Shown: positions 8,586 to 20,122, counted from the stretch's first letter. The stretch is 48,000 nucleotides of DNA from Minisyncoccota bacterium (GCA_041663005.1 JBAZRK010000001.1:288734-336733); one strand, 5' to 3'. Numbers and translations are program-made. Notes: generated by a model not told the origin, from the letters alone.

Positions 8586-9965
8586 CTAGGTAGGTAAGTT
8601 TGGTGGTGGTGAAGCTTCCTTTGACTCAATACGCTCGAGAGTAGGCACCTTGAGTATCTGACCTGGGAAGTGCCAAAGCGTTGCAAGCTCTTCCGTGTTT
8701 AAGACGAAAGTTTCCGGATGGTGATAGGCATGGAACAAAAGCGACAGGGGCCAATGCATTGTATGCGTAGTAAACAACTGATGCCTTAGGGGTAAATGGA
8801 AAAATGCGCGCTCGCGATATTGTAGAAGCATACGATTAGCGAGCATCATAACTGTTTTTGCACCTATGGTGATGATACCGCCGTAGGCGTCCCCTTGGGT
8901 TGGGTTATATCTTATAATCCCGTTACAGTCCGGCATAGCGTACTGGCGGAAGATAAGACGGATATCGCGAGAAGCGTTGGTTCTTACTCCGGGATGAAAG
9001 ATTTCTTTCTTGGCCACATACATAGTTCGTATTCCTACATCAAAACCAATTTTTCCCGTCTTAGCGGCCATAACCGTCACCACGTTATTGTAGTAAGGGG
9101 GCAAACGCACAGCTTTTCCAGTATCAAAAAATTGTGTATAAGGCTCCGCCAATTTCTCTAGTTCATTTTTAGCATTTTCTACCCAAGACCATTTCTTGAA
9201 GAATGAGCCGGGCACAGGGTATTCCTTTTTTGAAGGAGTAACCACTATCTGCAACCACGCCTGCTCACCTTTTTTAAGTGAGCCAAAAAATTCTATCACG
9301 GGAGAAATCGGGTCAACCTTGAATTCTTCATGCGGGTCTTTGTCGAGACCAAAGTTTACATAAGTTTTAATAGGGTAAGCTTCCGGCTTGAGTAATTTCC
9401 ATTCACACCCCCACGCGTTCCAATCGCTTTCTGGTGTAATCTCATCAACTGCAAGAGTATAGTCCTCTACAGCCTTCACTTGCGCTTGCGGATACTGCGC
9501 ATAAAGTTGAGTTTCAATCAAGCTTCTTATGCGCGTCGGCGTCCTGACGTAGAAATGTACTTGACCGTCGATTGAAGCAATCTCAAGTGAGAACCAGAAC
9601 CATACTGCTCCTTGCCAATACTCTTCTTTACCCCCTTTCATGCTCCAATGGTACAGCGCGTTGGTCATGAAGAGTTCCATCGCCTTCGGGCTACGCTCCA
9701 CGTCGCGAGGCGGCACTATCTCAAGTAGAACATAATCAATTCCCGAAATAAAATCTTGCTGTATGTAATGCACCCAGAGTTTCCAAGCAAGCCAACCCAA
9801 AACAATTGTTCCTACCACAGCCAAAAGGCCCTTCCAGGCATCGTATCTCCATATTAAATAAACACCCCCAAGAATAAAAATCCAATACCAACGTTCGGTC
9901 AGCAGGTTTTCTATAGGGTCAAAAATTTTATCCGTTGCACTTTTAGGTGCTACAGGGCCAGCCAT
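8586..9965 (-). CDS. Conserved Parcubacteria membrane protein of unknown function
   Basis: Two N-terminal TMs; LLEIVPPRDVERSPKAME, FSLEIAS, LYAQYP, YPIKTY, LNTEELATLWHFP resemble the N-terminal partner of CPR VirB4/TraG-like ATPases (recall). Confidence 0.6.
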   Translation of the reverse strand: MAGPVAPKSATDKIFDPIENLLTERWYWIFILGGVYLIWRYDAWKGLLAVVGTIVLGWLAWKLWVHYIQQDFISGIDYVLLEIVPPRDVERSPKAMELFMTNALYHWSMKGGKEEYWQGAVWFWFSLEIASIDGQVHFYVRTPTRIRSLIETQLYAQYPQAQVKAVEDYTLAVDEITPESDWNAWGCEWKLLKPEAYPIKTYVNFGLDKDPHEEFKVDPISPVIEFFGSLKKGEQAWLQIVVTPSKKEYPVPGSFFKKWSWVENAKNELEKLAEPYTQFFDTGKAVRLPPYYNNVVTVMAAKTGKIGFDVGIRTMYVAKKEIFHPGVRTNASRDIRLIFRQYAMPDCNGIIRYNPTQGDAYGGIITIGAKTVMMLANRMLLQYRERAFFHLPLRHQLFTTHTMHWPLSLLFHAYHHPETFVLNTEELATLWHFPGQILKVPTLERIESKEASPPPNLPT

Positions 9966-10029
9966 GCTTATATTTTAATATAAACAAGGGAAAAAACAAA
10001 GCATTCAGACGAGAGGAGTCGAAACACTC

Positions 10030-11058
10030 TTACGCTGCGGTATAGAGACCGCTTTTGTTCTTCTTGAAATACTTAGGATTCGCAAGATTTACTAAAATTG
10101 TGTTCTTCTTGAAGTATCTTTCTTTCATTACTTGCTTGACTATATCGTCCTTGGATAGCGGACCTGACTTCTTAATTATGTCCTCGATAACTTCGCGTGC
10201 AATGCCCGCCTTGTAGCCCCATTCGGACAACGCGTACATACCACGTCCAACTAAAACAAATCGAGAATCTTTAATAAGCTCGTTGTGACAAGTCGCATAG
10301 TGGATCTTCTTACCGAAAATCTTACCGATAGCGTCAGCAACTTCCTTGAAGTGCATTGGTGAACCGTGACGACGCATTACTAGAAAGGCATAGTCCTTTA
10401 CTCCGCGAGTGCGGATGTTCGGTGAGTCTGCCTTACCCCATTCGCCGAGAGGATTTTTCGCTACAGACTTGGACATAGAAAGCCAGCGTTTAACTATCTC
10501 ATCATCGCGGTAGTGTTCGGCAACGTCCTTCATGTGGTCGAAGAATCTTTTTATCATTTCTGTTTCGGGTATCAAATCTTCGTCGTTTAGTGAAGCATAC
10601 AGCTTGCGCAATGTGTCGTGAATTTTGTCTGTCATCTCGTCATCCACACTCCAGCGCGCATGAAAATGTTCATCCTCACGATGTTTTTTGAAAGCATCTC
10701 CGAGTTCAAGCATAAAATGCACGTGGTTCTGCGTAGCTAGGTCTTTGGAAATGTGTGGAAGTAGTTCATGCTCGGCAACTATCGCCCCCAGCTGATGCAT
10801 AACTTGTTTCAATTCTTCGAAAGCAGCTTGCTCCTTTTTATAAGCCGCTGACTTTTTAATCAACGCAATTGCGGCGTCTTCCACCTGGCGTACTCGCTCG
10901 CGGGTAATATTGTATTTCTTGCCTATTTCTTCGAGAGTTTTCCTTTTACCGTCTGCGGTCAAACCGAAACGATTCATTATAACGTCTGAAGACCTGGTCT
11001 GAAGACCGGAGATAATATTTTTGGTGACTTTTTTAGGTTTGAAGGATATCGTTGGCAT
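10030..11058 (-). CDS. Sigma-70 region 4 HTH fused to a C-terminal HARE-HTH (RNAP delta-like) domain
   Basis: RFGL..TLEEIGKKYNITRERVRQVE (sigma4) and PMHF.EV..HNELIKDSRFVLVGRGMYALSEW (HARE-HTH). Confidence 0.8.
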   Translation of the reverse strand: MPTISFKPKKVTKNIISGLQTRSSDVIMNRFGLTADGKRKTLEEIGKKYNITRERVRQVEDAAIALIKKSAAYKKEQAAFEELKQVMHQLGAIVAEHELLPHISKDLATQNHVHFMLELGDAFKKHREDEHFHARWSVDDEMTDKIHDTLRKLYASLNDEDLIPETEMIKRFFDHMKDVAEHYRDDEIVKRWLSMSKSVAKNPLGEWGKADSPNIRTRGVKDYAFLVMRRHGSPMHFKEVADAIGKIFGKKIHYATCHNELIKDSRFVLVGRGMYALSEWGYKAGIAREVIEDIIKKSGPLSKDDIVKQVMKERYFKKNTILVNLANPKYFKKNKSGLYTAA

Positions 11059-11089
11059 AATTTTAAAAAATTTATTGTTCTTTCGCTTC

Positions 11090-12895
11090 TTAGGTTCTCT
11101 TGGATCTTACTCTATCCAGCTCGGTCAGGTACTTTTTGCGAAGTCTCACCGACGTCGGTGTGATTTCCAAATATTCGTCTGCGTTCATTACTTCCAGTCC
11201 ACGCTCTATGTTTAAAGAAAATACTGGATTGAGCGTTATGGCCTCGTCGGTGCCGGAAGCGCGCATGTTGGTGAGTTGTTTTCCCTTAGTTGGATTCACC
11301 GACATCTCTTCACCTTTCAAAACGTTACCGATGACCATTCCTTCATACACTGTGTCACCATGTCCTACATATAATATACCACGTTCCTGCAAATTAGCAA
11401 GAGAAAAGGCCACCGCCATACCCGAAACCATAGATGACATTGATCCATATTCGCGCTTTTTCACTTCTCCGGCATATTCTTTCCATCCTGTGACCCGAGA
11501 AGACATAATTCCTTCACCTTTCGTGTCTATAATGAAGTCACTTTTGTACCCCAAGAGACCTCGAGTAGGAATATCGAATATAACTCGAGCAATACCTTCT
11601 TTTTCAACCATATCTTTGAGTATGCCGCGCCTTTTACCTATTTTCTCTATAACGCTACCGGAGTATTCCATAGGCACATCAATGACGAGCTCTTCATAGG
11701 GCTCCATTTTGACGCCATTTTCTTCTTTTATGATAACCTCCGGCTGAGATACCTGCATTTCGAATCCTTCGCGACGCATATTCTCGAGTAAAATTGCGAT
11801 GTGTAACTCACCCCGGCCGTATATTCGGAAAAAGCTTGGGCCTCCGTTTTTTTCTCCTTGATCAGGATAGAAGTCCACCTTAAGCCCGACGTTTATTTCG
11901 AGTTCTTTTTCTAGGCGTTCTTTGAGTTGTCGAGAAGTCACGAACTTACCTTCCTTGCCGGCCATCGGCGAATCGTTCACTAAGAAATTTAGCGATAGCG
12001 TCGGCTCATCGATAGCGATGTGAGGCAGAGCCTCGACACTTTCATCTTCACAAATAGTTTCTCCAATATAAATGTCCGGTATTCCCGCCAAGAGCACTAT
12101 GTCTCCGCAAGACGCGCTCGGCACTTCTTTCCTGTTAACTCCTTCGAATGAAAATAGTTTACTTATTTTTCCTTTTCGCGTTCCGTTCTCGCCTTTAATG
12201 AAAACTTGGCTCCCAGAAAGAACTTTCCCGGAGTAAATTCTGGCCACAGCCATACGTCCCAAGAAATTGTCGTAGCCCAAATTGAAAACTTGTGCCGACA
12301 TCTTGCCTTCTTCGTCTGTAGACGCTGCTGGAACTTTTTCAAGTATTAAATCTAGAAGTGGCGAAAGGTCTTTGGAATCATCGCCAATCTTCGCGAAGGC
12401 AGTACCTTGGCGTCCGATAGCATAGATAGTTTCAAAATTTGCTTGTTCTTCGGTCGCACCAAGTTCGAAAAATAATTCCAAGACTTCTTCGTGCGCTCGG
12501 TGCGGATCGGCAGCAGGTTTGTCAATTTTATTGATTACTACTATGGGCTTTAGTCCGAGTTCGAGAGACTTTTTCAAAACGAACCTGGTCTGAGGCATTG
12601 GTCCTTCGGCGGCATCCACAACCAAGAGCACTGAGTCGATAGCGCGCAAAACTCGTTCAACTTCAGAGCCGAAATCGGCGTGCCCGGGAGTGTCCACAAT
12701 GTTTATTTTAGTGTCTTTATAGTAAATAGATGTGTTTTTCGAATAGATGGTTATGCCACGCTCTTTCTCAATGGCATTTGTATCCATAGTAAAATTTTCG
12801 TCAGTTAAACTGCCCGACTGCTTCATCAAAGCATCGGTCAAGGTGGTCTTGCCGTGGTCCACGTGCGCGATAATGGCAATATTTCTAATTTCCAT
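11090..12895 (-). CDS. typA: Translational GTPase TypA/BipA
   Basis: [55 protein letters not shown]. Confidence 0.98.
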   Translation of the reverse strand: MEIRNIAIIAHVDHGKTTLTDALMKQSGSLTDENFTMDTNAIEKERGITIYSKNTSIYYKDTKINIVDTPGHADFGSEVERVLRAIDSVLLVVDAAEGPMPQTRFVLKKSLELGLKPIVVINKIDKPAADPHRAHEEVLELFFELGATEEQANFETIYAIGRQGTAFAKIGDDSKDLSPLLDLILEKVPAASTDEEGKMSAQVFNLGYDNFLGRMAVARIYSGKVLSGSQVFIKGENGTRKGKISKLFSFEGVNRKEVPSASCGDIVLLAGIPDIYIGETICEDESVEALPHIAIDEPTLSLNFLVNDSPMAGKEGKFVTSRQLKERLEKELEINVGLKVDFYPDQGEKNGGPSFFRIYGRGELHIAILLENMRREGFEMQVSQPEVIIKEENGVKMEPYEELVIDVPMEYSGSVIEKIGKRRGILKDMVEKEGIARVIFDIPTRGLLGYKSDFIIDTKGEGIMSSRVTGWKEYAGEVKKREYGSMSSMVSGMAVAFSLANLQERGILYVGHGDTVYEGMVIGNVLKGEEMSVNPTKGKQLTNMRASGTDEAITLNPVFSLNIERGLEVMNADEYLEITPTSVRLRKKYLTELDRVRSKRT

Positions 12896-12933
12896 AAATA
12901 ATTTTCATTGTATATTTGCTAATTGCTATGCCT

Positions 12934-12965
12934 GCCCCGTATAAAGCTTTGCTTTTATTCGGGGT
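12934..12965. repeat. REP-like hairpin, family B copy 1
   Basis: GCCCCGTATAAAGCTTTGCTTTTATTCGGGGT; 23/32 identical to 23284-23315. Confidence 0.6.
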
Positions 12966-13070
12966 TTCTGATTTCCATTGGATAAAATAAAAAAACCCGG
13001 ACAAAAACTCTTCGCTTTCTTATACTTATATTATAACATACTCTCCCTTAAAAAGCAAGACTTACGCTTT

Positions 13071-13157
13071 TGGTGCGTCGGGTAGGATTCGAACCTACGT
13101 AGGCCTAAGGCCGACAGATTTACAGTCTGTTGTAATTGACCGCTCTACCACCGACGC
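13071..13157 (-). tRNA. tRNA-Tyr(GTA)
   Basis: Acceptor GCGTCGG/CCGACGC, anticodon loop CTGTAAA, long variable arm, GGTTCGAATCC, encoded CCA. Confidence 0.97.
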
Positions 13158-13219
13158 ATAAAACACAACTAATATAAAATAGCACAAAAAATGCTTTTGT
13201 GCACCTTTTTTGCGAAATT

Positions 13220-15931
13220 TTACGCAGAAGACTTGGAGCGCACGCCTATTGAGCTTTTTATTTTCCCGCGAGTGCTCTGACCTTTCTTCAAATCAATCAC
13301 GAGCTCGTCATTTTTGGCAGACACCAATACTGTATCCCCTTTCTTAGCGCCGTTCGAAATCATAAGCGCCGCGACTGGGTTAAGAATCTTGTTCTGAATT
13401 AATCTGTTCAGCGGACGCGCGCCATAGTGCGGATCATAGCCGGCACGGGCTAAGTATGAAAGCGCAGCGTCGCTTATCTCTAAACCAATGCCTTTATTAA
13501 GTAAGCGATCCTTCACTACCTTGATACGTAGGCTAACAATCTCTTTCAACGCATCCGGCGACAAGACATCGAAGACTATGGTTTCATCCAAGCGATTCAA
13601 AAACTCCGGACGGAAATGGTCCTTAAGGGCTTCCATAACTTTATCTTTCATCTGACCGTAATTTTCTGTTTCAGATTTATTGGAGAAGCCGATAGACTCC
13701 ATTTTCTCCACAAACTGTGAACCAATGTTTGATGTAAGGACAATTATTGTATTTTTGAAATTTACTACCCGGCCCTTGCCGTCAGACAGACGCCCTTCGT
13801 CAATAACTTGAAGCAACATATTGAATACTTCAGGGTGAGCTTTCTCCACTTCGTCGAAAAGCACGACTGCATACGGTCGGTGACGCACCGCTTCCGTCAA
13901 TTGCCCTGCTTCATCGTAGCCCACATAACCCGGCGGACTCCCGATAAGCTTCGACACAGAATGTCTTTCCATATATTCGGACATATCAACTCGGATGATG
14001 GCACTGTCGTCGTTAAACATAAACTGCCCCAGCGCTTTCGTAAGCTCTGTCTTACCCACACCAGTAGGACCGAGAAAAATGAAGGAACCTATCGGGCGAT
14101 TTGGATCGCTGATGCCTGCGCGTGCTCGGCGAATAACATCGGACACTCGCTTGATGGCTTCATCTTGGCCAACGACTCTTTTCTTGAGTTCCATTTCCAT
14201 TTTTTCCAATTTCTCGCGCTCTTCCTCGAGCATCTTAGTAAGTGGAATACCTGTCCAGCGCGAAACAACCTCCGCGATATCTTCAGCGGTAATTTCTTCT
14301 TTTAATATTCGGCGCGATTTCTGAAGCTTCTTAAGCCTTACAAGTTTAGTATCAAGTTCTTTCTTGAGAGTTGGAATTTTCCCATAGCGAATCTCGGCCG
14401 CCAGCGACAAATCCGCGCGCATCTCCGCATCTTCGGCTTCCAGTCGAATGCTTTCAAGCTCCTTTTTGATGGCTCGAATCTCAGCAACGGTATTTTTCTC
14501 ATTCTGCCACTTGAGCTCGAGCTCCTTGGTCTTCTCAGAGAGATTACTTATCTCTTTGTCTATTTCTTTAACGCGGTTCTTAATTTCTTTTTCTTTTTGT
14601 TTGTCTCCCGAACCCCCGCTCTGAGCTACTTCTTTCTTGAGAGCTTCCTTTTCTATTTCTAGACGCATAGTCTTCCGGTGCGCTTCTTCTAGGACTGGCG
14701 GCTTGTTCTCAAGCATAATTTTAAGAGATGAGGACGCTTCGTCTATCAAGTCCACTGCCTTGTCAGGGAGGAATCTGTTGGTGATGTAGCGCGAAGACAG
14801 GTTAACCGCGGCCACAATAGCATCATCGGTAATGCGAATGCCGTGGAAAAGTTCGTAGCGTTCCTTGAGCCCTCGAAGTATGGCGACTGCGTCCTCAATA
14901 TCTGGCTCGTCAATATACACTGGCTGAAAGCGTCGAGCGAGCGCAGGGTCTTTCTCTATATGCTTCTGGTATTCTCTCAATGTTGTGGCTCCTATCGCCC
15001 TGAGTTCTCCACGTGAGAGGGCGGGCTTCAGCATATTAGAGGCATCCATTGTGCCTTCTGCGCCACCGGCGCCGACTATAGTATGAATCTCGTCAATGAA
15101 AAGTATTATCTTACCATCGGCTCGCTCTATTTCCTTCACAATACCCTTGAGTCGTTCTTCGAACTCTCCGCGATACTTTGTGCCCGCTACGAGCAAACCT
15201 AAATCTAAAGATACGACTTCTTTGTCTTTAAGCGATTCAGGAACGTTGTTCTTGGCGATAAGCTGAGCTAAACCTTCGACAACTGCGGTCTTCCCTGTGC
15301 CCGCCTCACCTATGAGTATCGGGTTGTTTTTAGTGCGGCGAGAAAGTATCTGCATAATGCGAGTAATCTCAGTGTCGCGTCCTATTACTGGGTCGAGTTT
15401 GTCTTCTCTTGCTAGCTTAGTCAAGTTGCGGGTATATTTAATAATCAATTTAAATTTCTTAGGCTCAGACACGTCAGTGATGTTCTGACTGCGAAGCTCT
15501 TCCAGGACTTTAATCACCTGGTCTTTATGGATTCGAAAACGAGCTAAAGTTTCGCGAGCCTCGCTTCCCACTTCTAAAATGGCAATGAACAGGTGTTCAG
15601 TGGAAACGAAATCATCTTTCATATATTCCGCGAGCTTAACAGAGTGCTCTATCACTTGCGCTAAGTCAGGGTTCAAGTATATCTGGTATGAAGGCGAAAC
15701 AGTGTTCCTGGTCTCCGGAAGTTCTATCATCTCGAGCACCGAGTCAGTAAGGAGCATTGTGTCAATTTCCAATTTATCTAAAATAGAATTTACCATCGAC
15801 TCTTCCGCGAGTAGTAGCGCTGATAGTAGATGTAGGGTTGAAACATGATTAACCCCACGCTCAATGGCAAGCTCGTGAGCTTTCTTTATGGCTTCTTTGG
15901 CTTTAGTTGTAAATTTGTTTAGTGGTGGCAT
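13220..15931 (-). CDS. clpB: ATP-dependent chaperone ClpB
   Basis: Clp-N repeats, GEAGTGKT and GPTGVGKT Walker A motifs, long coiled-coil middle domain, [11 protein letters not shown]. Confidence 0.95.
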   Translation of the reverse strand: MPPLNKFTTKAKEAIKKAHELAIERGVNHVSTLHLLSALLLAEESMVNSILDKLEIDTMLLTDSVLEMIELPETRNTVSPSYQIYLNPDLAQVIEHSVKLAEYMKDDFVSTEHLFIAILEVGSEARETLARFRIHKDQVIKVLEELRSQNITDVSEPKKFKLIIKYTRNLTKLAREDKLDPVIGRDTEITRIMQILSRRTKNNPILIGEAGTGKTAVVEGLAQLIAKNNVPESLKDKEVVSLDLGLLVAGTKYRGEFEERLKGIVKEIERADGKIILFIDEIHTIVGAGGAEGTMDASNMLKPALSRGELRAIGATTLREYQKHIEKDPALARRFQPVYIDEPDIEDAVAILRGLKERYELFHGIRITDDAIVAAVNLSSRYITNRFLPDKAVDLIDEASSSLKIMLENKPPVLEEAHRKTMRLEIEKEALKKEVAQSGGSGDKQKEKEIKNRVKEIDKEISNLSEKTKELELKWQNEKNTVAEIRAIKKELESIRLEAEDAEMRADLSLAAEIRYGKIPTLKKELDTKLVRLKKLQKSRRILKEEITAEDIAEVVSRWTGIPLTKMLEEEREKLEKMEMELKKRVVGQDEAIKRVSDVIRRARAGISDPNRPIGSFIFLGPTGVGKTELTKALGQFMFNDDSAIIRVDMSEYMERHSVSKLIGSPPGYVGYDEAGQLTEAVRHRPYAVVLFDEVEKAHPEVFNMLLQVIDEGRLSDGKGRVVNFKNTIIVLTSNIGSQFVEKMESIGFSNKSETENYGQMKDKVMEALKDHFRPEFLNRLDETIVFDVLSPDALKEIVSLRIKVVKDRLLNKGIGLEISDAALSYLARAGYDPHYGARPLNRLIQNKILNPVAALMISNGAKKGDTVLVSAKNDELVIDLKKGQSTRGKIKSSIGVRSKSSA

Positions 15932-16062
15932 CCCAGTACTAAAAATTTTAATAATAACATTTATCTTTATGCCCCGTAATCATAATTTTAGTACGGGACA
16001 AGTATATTATCTTATATACTTATAGTATACATGACGTGTCAAGCCCGTTAAAATTACTAATT

Positions 16063-16812
16063 TTATTGCTGGGCTCCTGTGGGCGCCGCGACAGCAAGGG
16101 CCTCGAGAATGGCTTGAATTGAAGAGAAATTGGCAGCTGCATTTGAGAGAGCTATACCTAAGACGTTGCCATCTAGGTCGAGCACCATGCTTCCGGCATT
16201 GTCAGCATTAACGGTGATGTTAACGTCGTTTTCTTCAAATATTGAAGTAGAAATCTTTTTCCCAAGAACTATAACTTTCTGCCCGATTTTCATTTTGCTT
16301 ATGTCTCCTGCAGTTGGTACTGAAAATGTAAGTTTGTCGGTCGCATTCACAGGGGCTCCAAGTTTCAAAAATGAAAATCCCTTCTGCGAAGCGACGAAAT
16401 GAGCGCGAAATTTTCCACTCGCATTTTCTGCGTAGTATGTGCCCTCTCCGGGAACAAAGGCCGTGTCAGCAACTATTATGCCTTCGGAAGAAACGGCAAA
16501 GGCGCGCCCTGCCGGCATAGCGGCGAAATCGTCCCCCTTTATTAAATTAAATACTGCGTCGCGATTTTTAGCGATAGCGTCTACCACCAAATCCTCTTCC
16601 TTCACCACCACGGTCTGCACGGTAGTCTTGCCTTCGACTTGTTGAATTTTTTCAACCGTTTGCTGGATGACACGGTTAACCGGAACAGTCACTGAGGCCG
16701 GTGCCTGCTGCATTAAAGTGACGGTTGTAATACCTGTAGCAATAGAAGTAATGAATGACAGTAATACCGCCAAAAGTATCAATTGAGATTTGTTTAAATC
16801 TTTGATGTCCAT
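16063..16812 (-). CDS. Membrane-anchored trypsin-like (S1C) domain protein, catalytic residues apparently lost
   Basis: N-terminal TM; GRAFAVSSEGIIVAD, GQKVIVLG and NAGSMVLDLDGNVLGI follow the HtrA-like pattern. Confidence 0.6.
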   Translation of the reverse strand: MDIKDLNKSQLILLAVLLSFITSIATGITTVTLMQQAPASVTVPVNRVIQQTVEKIQQVEGKTTVQTVVVKEEDLVVDAIAKNRDAVFNLIKGDDFAAMPAGRAFAVSSEGIIVADTAFVPGEGTYYAENASGKFRAHFVASQKGFSFLKLGAPVNATDKLTFSVPTAGDISKMKIGQKVIVLGKKISTSIFEENDVNITVNADNAGSMVLDLDGNVLGIALSNAAANFSSIQAILEALAVAAPTGAQQ

Positions 16813-16833
16813 ACCCTAATCATACCCCCACAC

Positions 16834-18027
16834 CTATTTAATTTCAAGTTTAGAAATAGGTGTGGGGGCATACCACTTTTTTAGTTTTTGCAAAATTTGC
16901 CCGAGGGCCTTAATAACATAATCAATATCTTGTTTCTTGGTATCTGCGCCGAGCGAGAAACGTAATGCTCCGATCTCGGGGTCAGCATCAGGGCGAATAG
17001 CTTTTATAACATACGAACCTTCGGCGCGAGAACTTTTACAAGCGCTCTTCGAAGAGGCCATTATTCCCTTTGCTGAAAGTTCTATGACGAGAAGGTCGCT
17101 TGGAATTTTCGGAAATGTCACACTCATGTTGTTAGGTAATCGATTTTCCAAATCGCCGTTTATAATGAATTTCGGACGTCCAACGTCCGAAATTCGGACG
17201 TCCAACGTCCGAAAGAAATAATCACGGAGTTTAATTACACGTCTAGCTTCTTTTTCTCTAACTTTTTGCGCCACACTTAACGCGCTAGCAAATTCTAAGA
17301 TTGCTTTCAGATTTTCCGTACCGGGACGAAGTCCCCGCTCTTGGTCCCCGCCGCCGAAAATGTTTTGAATTTCAACCGACTTTTTCTTAAGGAGTACGCC
17401 AACTCGTCCGGAGCCTGAGATTTTCGAGCCCGACAAAGAAAGCATATCTACCCCAAGCTTTTCTATGTTTAAATCCAAATAGTTTACTGCCTGCACGGCG
17501 TCAGTATGAAAATAAATATTATTTCTGTTGTTTGTTTTTTTATAGTGCCTAATTTCTTTGGCAATTTCTTTTATCGGCTGGATTGTACCTATCTCATTGT
17601 TGGCATACATTACCGACACAAGGACGGTATTTTTTTTAATCGCTTTTTTAATTTTTTTAGAATCTACAATCCCGTTTTCTTCTACGGGCACAATTGTAAT
17701 CTCTGCCAGCTTTCTTTTCTCTAGTAGTTTATAAGTTTCCAAAACGGAAGGGTGCTCTATGTTTGTCGTAATAATATGCGGAAGCTGGGTAAAGTTTTTC
17801 TGCATCTGCGAAGCTAAGACAACTCCCTGAATCGCCAAATTGTTACTCTCTGTGCCCCCACTGGTAAAAATAATTTCCTCAGCTCGTGCACCTAAAATTG
17901 TGGCCACTTCGTGGCGAGCCTTTTCGAGTTTTCGTTTCGCAGAAATGCCTATTTCGTGGATGGAGCTTGGGTTCGGGGTCGCCGAAGCAGCGTAGTCCAG
18001 ATATATATATTTCATTGATTTTGGCAT
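16834..18027 (-). CDS. iscS: Cysteine desulfurase (IscS/NifS, group I)
   Basis: IYLDYAA, IFTSGGTESNN, IEHPSV, FHTDAVQ, SLSGSK, LRPGTEN, SSKSAC. Start placed at MPKSMKY (18027). Confidence 0.93.
   Translation of the reverse strand: MPKSMKYIYLDYAASATPNPSSIHEIGISAKRKLEKARHEVATILGARAEEIIFTSGGTESNNLAIQGVVLASQMQKNFTQLPHIITTNIEHPSVLETYKLLEKRKLAEITIVPVEENGIVDSKKIKKAIKKNTVLVSVMYANNEIGTIQPIKEIAKEIRHYKKTNNRNNIYFHTDAVQAVNYLDLNIEKLGVDMLSLSGSKISGSGRVGVLLKKKSVEIQNIFGGGDQERGLRPGTENLKAILEFASALSVAQKVREKEARRVIKLRDYFFRTLDVRISDVGRPKFIINGDLENRLPNNMSVTFPKIPSDLLVIELSAKGIMASSKSACKSSRAEGSYVIKAIRPDADPEIGALRFSLGADTKKQDIDYVIKALGQILQKLKKWYAPTPISKLEIK
17171..17213. repeat. Two tandem copies of the 21-nt palindrome TTCGGACGT-CCA-ACGTCCGAA inside iscS
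   Basis: Copies at 17171-17191 and 17193-17213; perfect 9-bp arms. Confidence 0.95.
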
Positions 18028-18051
18028 AAAAGTAGTATATATTAAGCATGC

Positions 18052-18507
18052 ATGAATATAAAGCTTCAAATAGCTTTTTTTGTTTTGGCGAGCATGGCTA
18101 TTCTCATAGGCGTCTTTTGGATGATTAGGACCGAAAAGCGATTAAAAAGATTTTTCCTCGGCAAAAAAGCCAAGGACCTCGAAGACACGATAGTAACGCT
18201 GAGCCACGACATTCTAGAGCTGAAGAGTGCAAGAGAAAAAATTGAAAAAGAAATCACCGTGATAAACGGCAAATTGAGAAAGAGTGTGCGCGGTCTTGAA
18301 ACTATCCGCTTCAACCCTTTTCCGGATCAAGGCGGCAACCAGAGCTTCGCTATCGGTATGTTAAACGAAGATGGAGACGGGCTGGTGCTTTCCAGCTTGT
18401 ACTCTAGAGACAGGATGAGCGTCTTCGCCAAGCCCGTAAAGGGCGGCAAACCTGCCTACGAGCTCACTGCTGAAGAAAAGGAAGCGCTAAGCAAGGCACG
18501 CGTCTAA
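18052..18507 (+). CDS. DUF4446-like protein
   Basis: N-terminal TM, coiled coil, IRFNPFPDQGGNQSFAIGML..G.VLSSLYSRD..VFAKP. Confidence 0.85.
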   Translation: MNIKLQIAFFVLASMAILIGVFWMIRTEKRLKRFFLGKKAKDLEDTIVTLSHDILELKSAREKIEKEITVINGKLRKSVRGLETIRFNPFPDQGGNQSFAIGMLNEDGDGLVLSSLYSRDRMSVFAKPVKGGKPAYELTAEEKEALSKARV

Positions 18508-18593
18508 AATTTTTTAAGTAAACTTTGCAAGAGCATTATCCTCTTGACCTAACGCAGCAAAGTTTGATTTAAAAAATTTGAAATAAATATACT

Positions 18594-20111
18594 ATGGAGC
18601 AAAAAAATCAACAAAAGAATACAGCGTCACGCCCACCTATTGTGGTGGTTATGGGGCATATCGACCACGGTAAGTCCACTCTCCTAGACTACATCAGGAA
18701 AACCAATATCGTCGATAGTGAGACAGGCGGAATTACTCAAACAATTTCCGCTTATGAAGTTGTACATAAAGACGAAGCGGGCCTAGAGAAAAAAATAACC
18801 TTCCTCGACACTCCCGGACACGAGGCCTTTTCGAAAATGCGCGAGCGTGGGGCCTTGATAGCTGACATCGCCATCTTGGTTGTTTCTGCCGAAGACGGCG
18901 TTAAGCCCCAGACCATTGAAGCATGGAAAACAATAGCGGAGTCAAAAATTCCGTGCATTGTAGCCATCAATAAAATAGACAAGCCAGGAGCGAACATCGA
19001 AAAAACGAAAATCGAACTCGCCGAGAATGAAATTTACCTGGAGAACTATGGCGGCCAGATACCTGTCGCGGAAATTTCCGCCAAGGTGGGCACCGGCGTC
19101 GACAACCTACTTTCGCTTATACTTATCCTAGCCGAGGTGGAGAATTTTACAGGCAACGCTTCCTCGGAAGCGTCCGGTTTCGTAATTGAGGTAAACCTGG
19201 ATTCTCGCCGAGGCATTTTAGGAACTCTCGTATTAAAGGATGGCACATTAAAGAAAGGTATGACTGTCGCCGTCGAAGACACCACTTGTTCGACACGCAT
19301 AATGGAGAATTTCAAGGGCGAGGTTATAGGAGAAGCCACTTTCTCCTCCCCTATTCGCATCGTAGGCTTCGACAAGATGCCTCGAGTCGGTGCCGAGTTT
19401 ATTTCTTTTGATAAAAAGTCTGATGCTGAAAAATTTGCCAAAAATTGGAAGCTGGAAAAGAGTAAGGACGCTGCGAAGAAAAGCTCTGATAGCGCCGAAG
19501 CCGATAAAAAGATATTACCGATAATTCTCAAAGCTGACGTTGCCGGCTCGCTTGAAGCTATTGCCAAAGAAATTGCCAAAATTAAAAGCGAAAGTGCAGA
19601 ATTTCGCATCGTGGCTTCAGGTGTGGGCCCAATAACCGAATCCGACATCAAGGGCATCTCGGGAGGCTCCGACGCGCTCGTAATAGGCTTCAATGTTAAA
19701 ACAGACCGCAGTGCACACGAAGTCGCCGAGCAACGAGGTATAACCATAACCAACTTCGACATAATATACAAACTTGCAGAATGGCTCGTGACAGAGATGG
19801 AGGACAAGCGTCCCAAGGTTGAAACTTCCGAAACAGTCGGACGCGCGAAAATTATTCGCGCCTTCAGTAGAACCAAGGAGAGACAGATTGTGGGAGGCAA
19901 GGTTATGGAAGGTGAACTCAAATTAAACAGCGTTGTGAAAATTATGCGCCGTGACTTCGAAATAGGCCGCGGTAAAATTGTAAACCTAGAAAAAAGCAAG
20001 GCAAAAGTAAGCTCTGTGGAAGAAGGCGCAGAGTTCGGAATGATGGTTGAGTCCAAGATAGAGATAGTGCAGGGCGATGTTATCGAATCCTTTACAATTG
20101 TTAAAAAGTAA
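18594..20111 (+). CDS. infB: Translation initiation factor IF-2, lacking the long N-terminal domain
   Basis: [50 protein letters not shown]; 505 aa. Confidence 0.97.
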   Translation: MEQKNQQKNTASRPPIVVVMGHIDHGKSTLLDYIRKTNIVDSETGGITQTISAYEVVHKDEAGLEKKITFLDTPGHEAFSKMRERGALIADIAILVVSAEDGVKPQTIEAWKTIAESKIPCIVAINKIDKPGANIEKTKIELAENEIYLENYGGQIPVAEISAKVGTGVDNLLSLILILAEVENFTGNASSEASGFVIEVNLDSRRGILGTLVLKDGTLKKGMTVAVEDTTCSTRIMENFKGEVIGEATFSSPIRIVGFDKMPRVGAEFISFDKKSDAEKFAKNWKLEKSKDAAKKSSDSAEADKKILPIILKADVAGSLEAIAKEIAKIKSESAEFRIVASGVGPITESDIKGISGGSDALVIGFNVKTDRSAHEVAEQRGITITNFDIIYKLAEWLVTEMEDKRPKVETSETVGRAKIIRAFSRTKERQIVGGKVMEGELKLNSVVKIMRRDFEIGRGKIVNLEKSKAKVSSVEEGAEFGMMVESKIEIVQGDVIESFTIVKK

Positions 20112-20122
20112 CCCTCGAAACT

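Noticed and set aside
16005-16050. Heat-shock operator upstream of clpB (TATACT-TAT-AGTATA)
   Set aside because: Does not match CIRCE or CtsR boxes; a short AT-only palindrome is likely by chance or part of the promoter.
17171-17213. CRISPR-like or integron-like reading of the tandem palindromes
   Set aside because: Only two units, a 1-nt gap, no spacers, inside a CDS, no cas or integrase genes.
19046-20056. 336-aa minus-strand ORF opposite infB (and similar long antisense ORFs opposite typA, clpB, gyrA, secA)
   Set aside because: Ser/Ile/Phe-rich composition typical of antisense shadows; no motifs or initiation signals.
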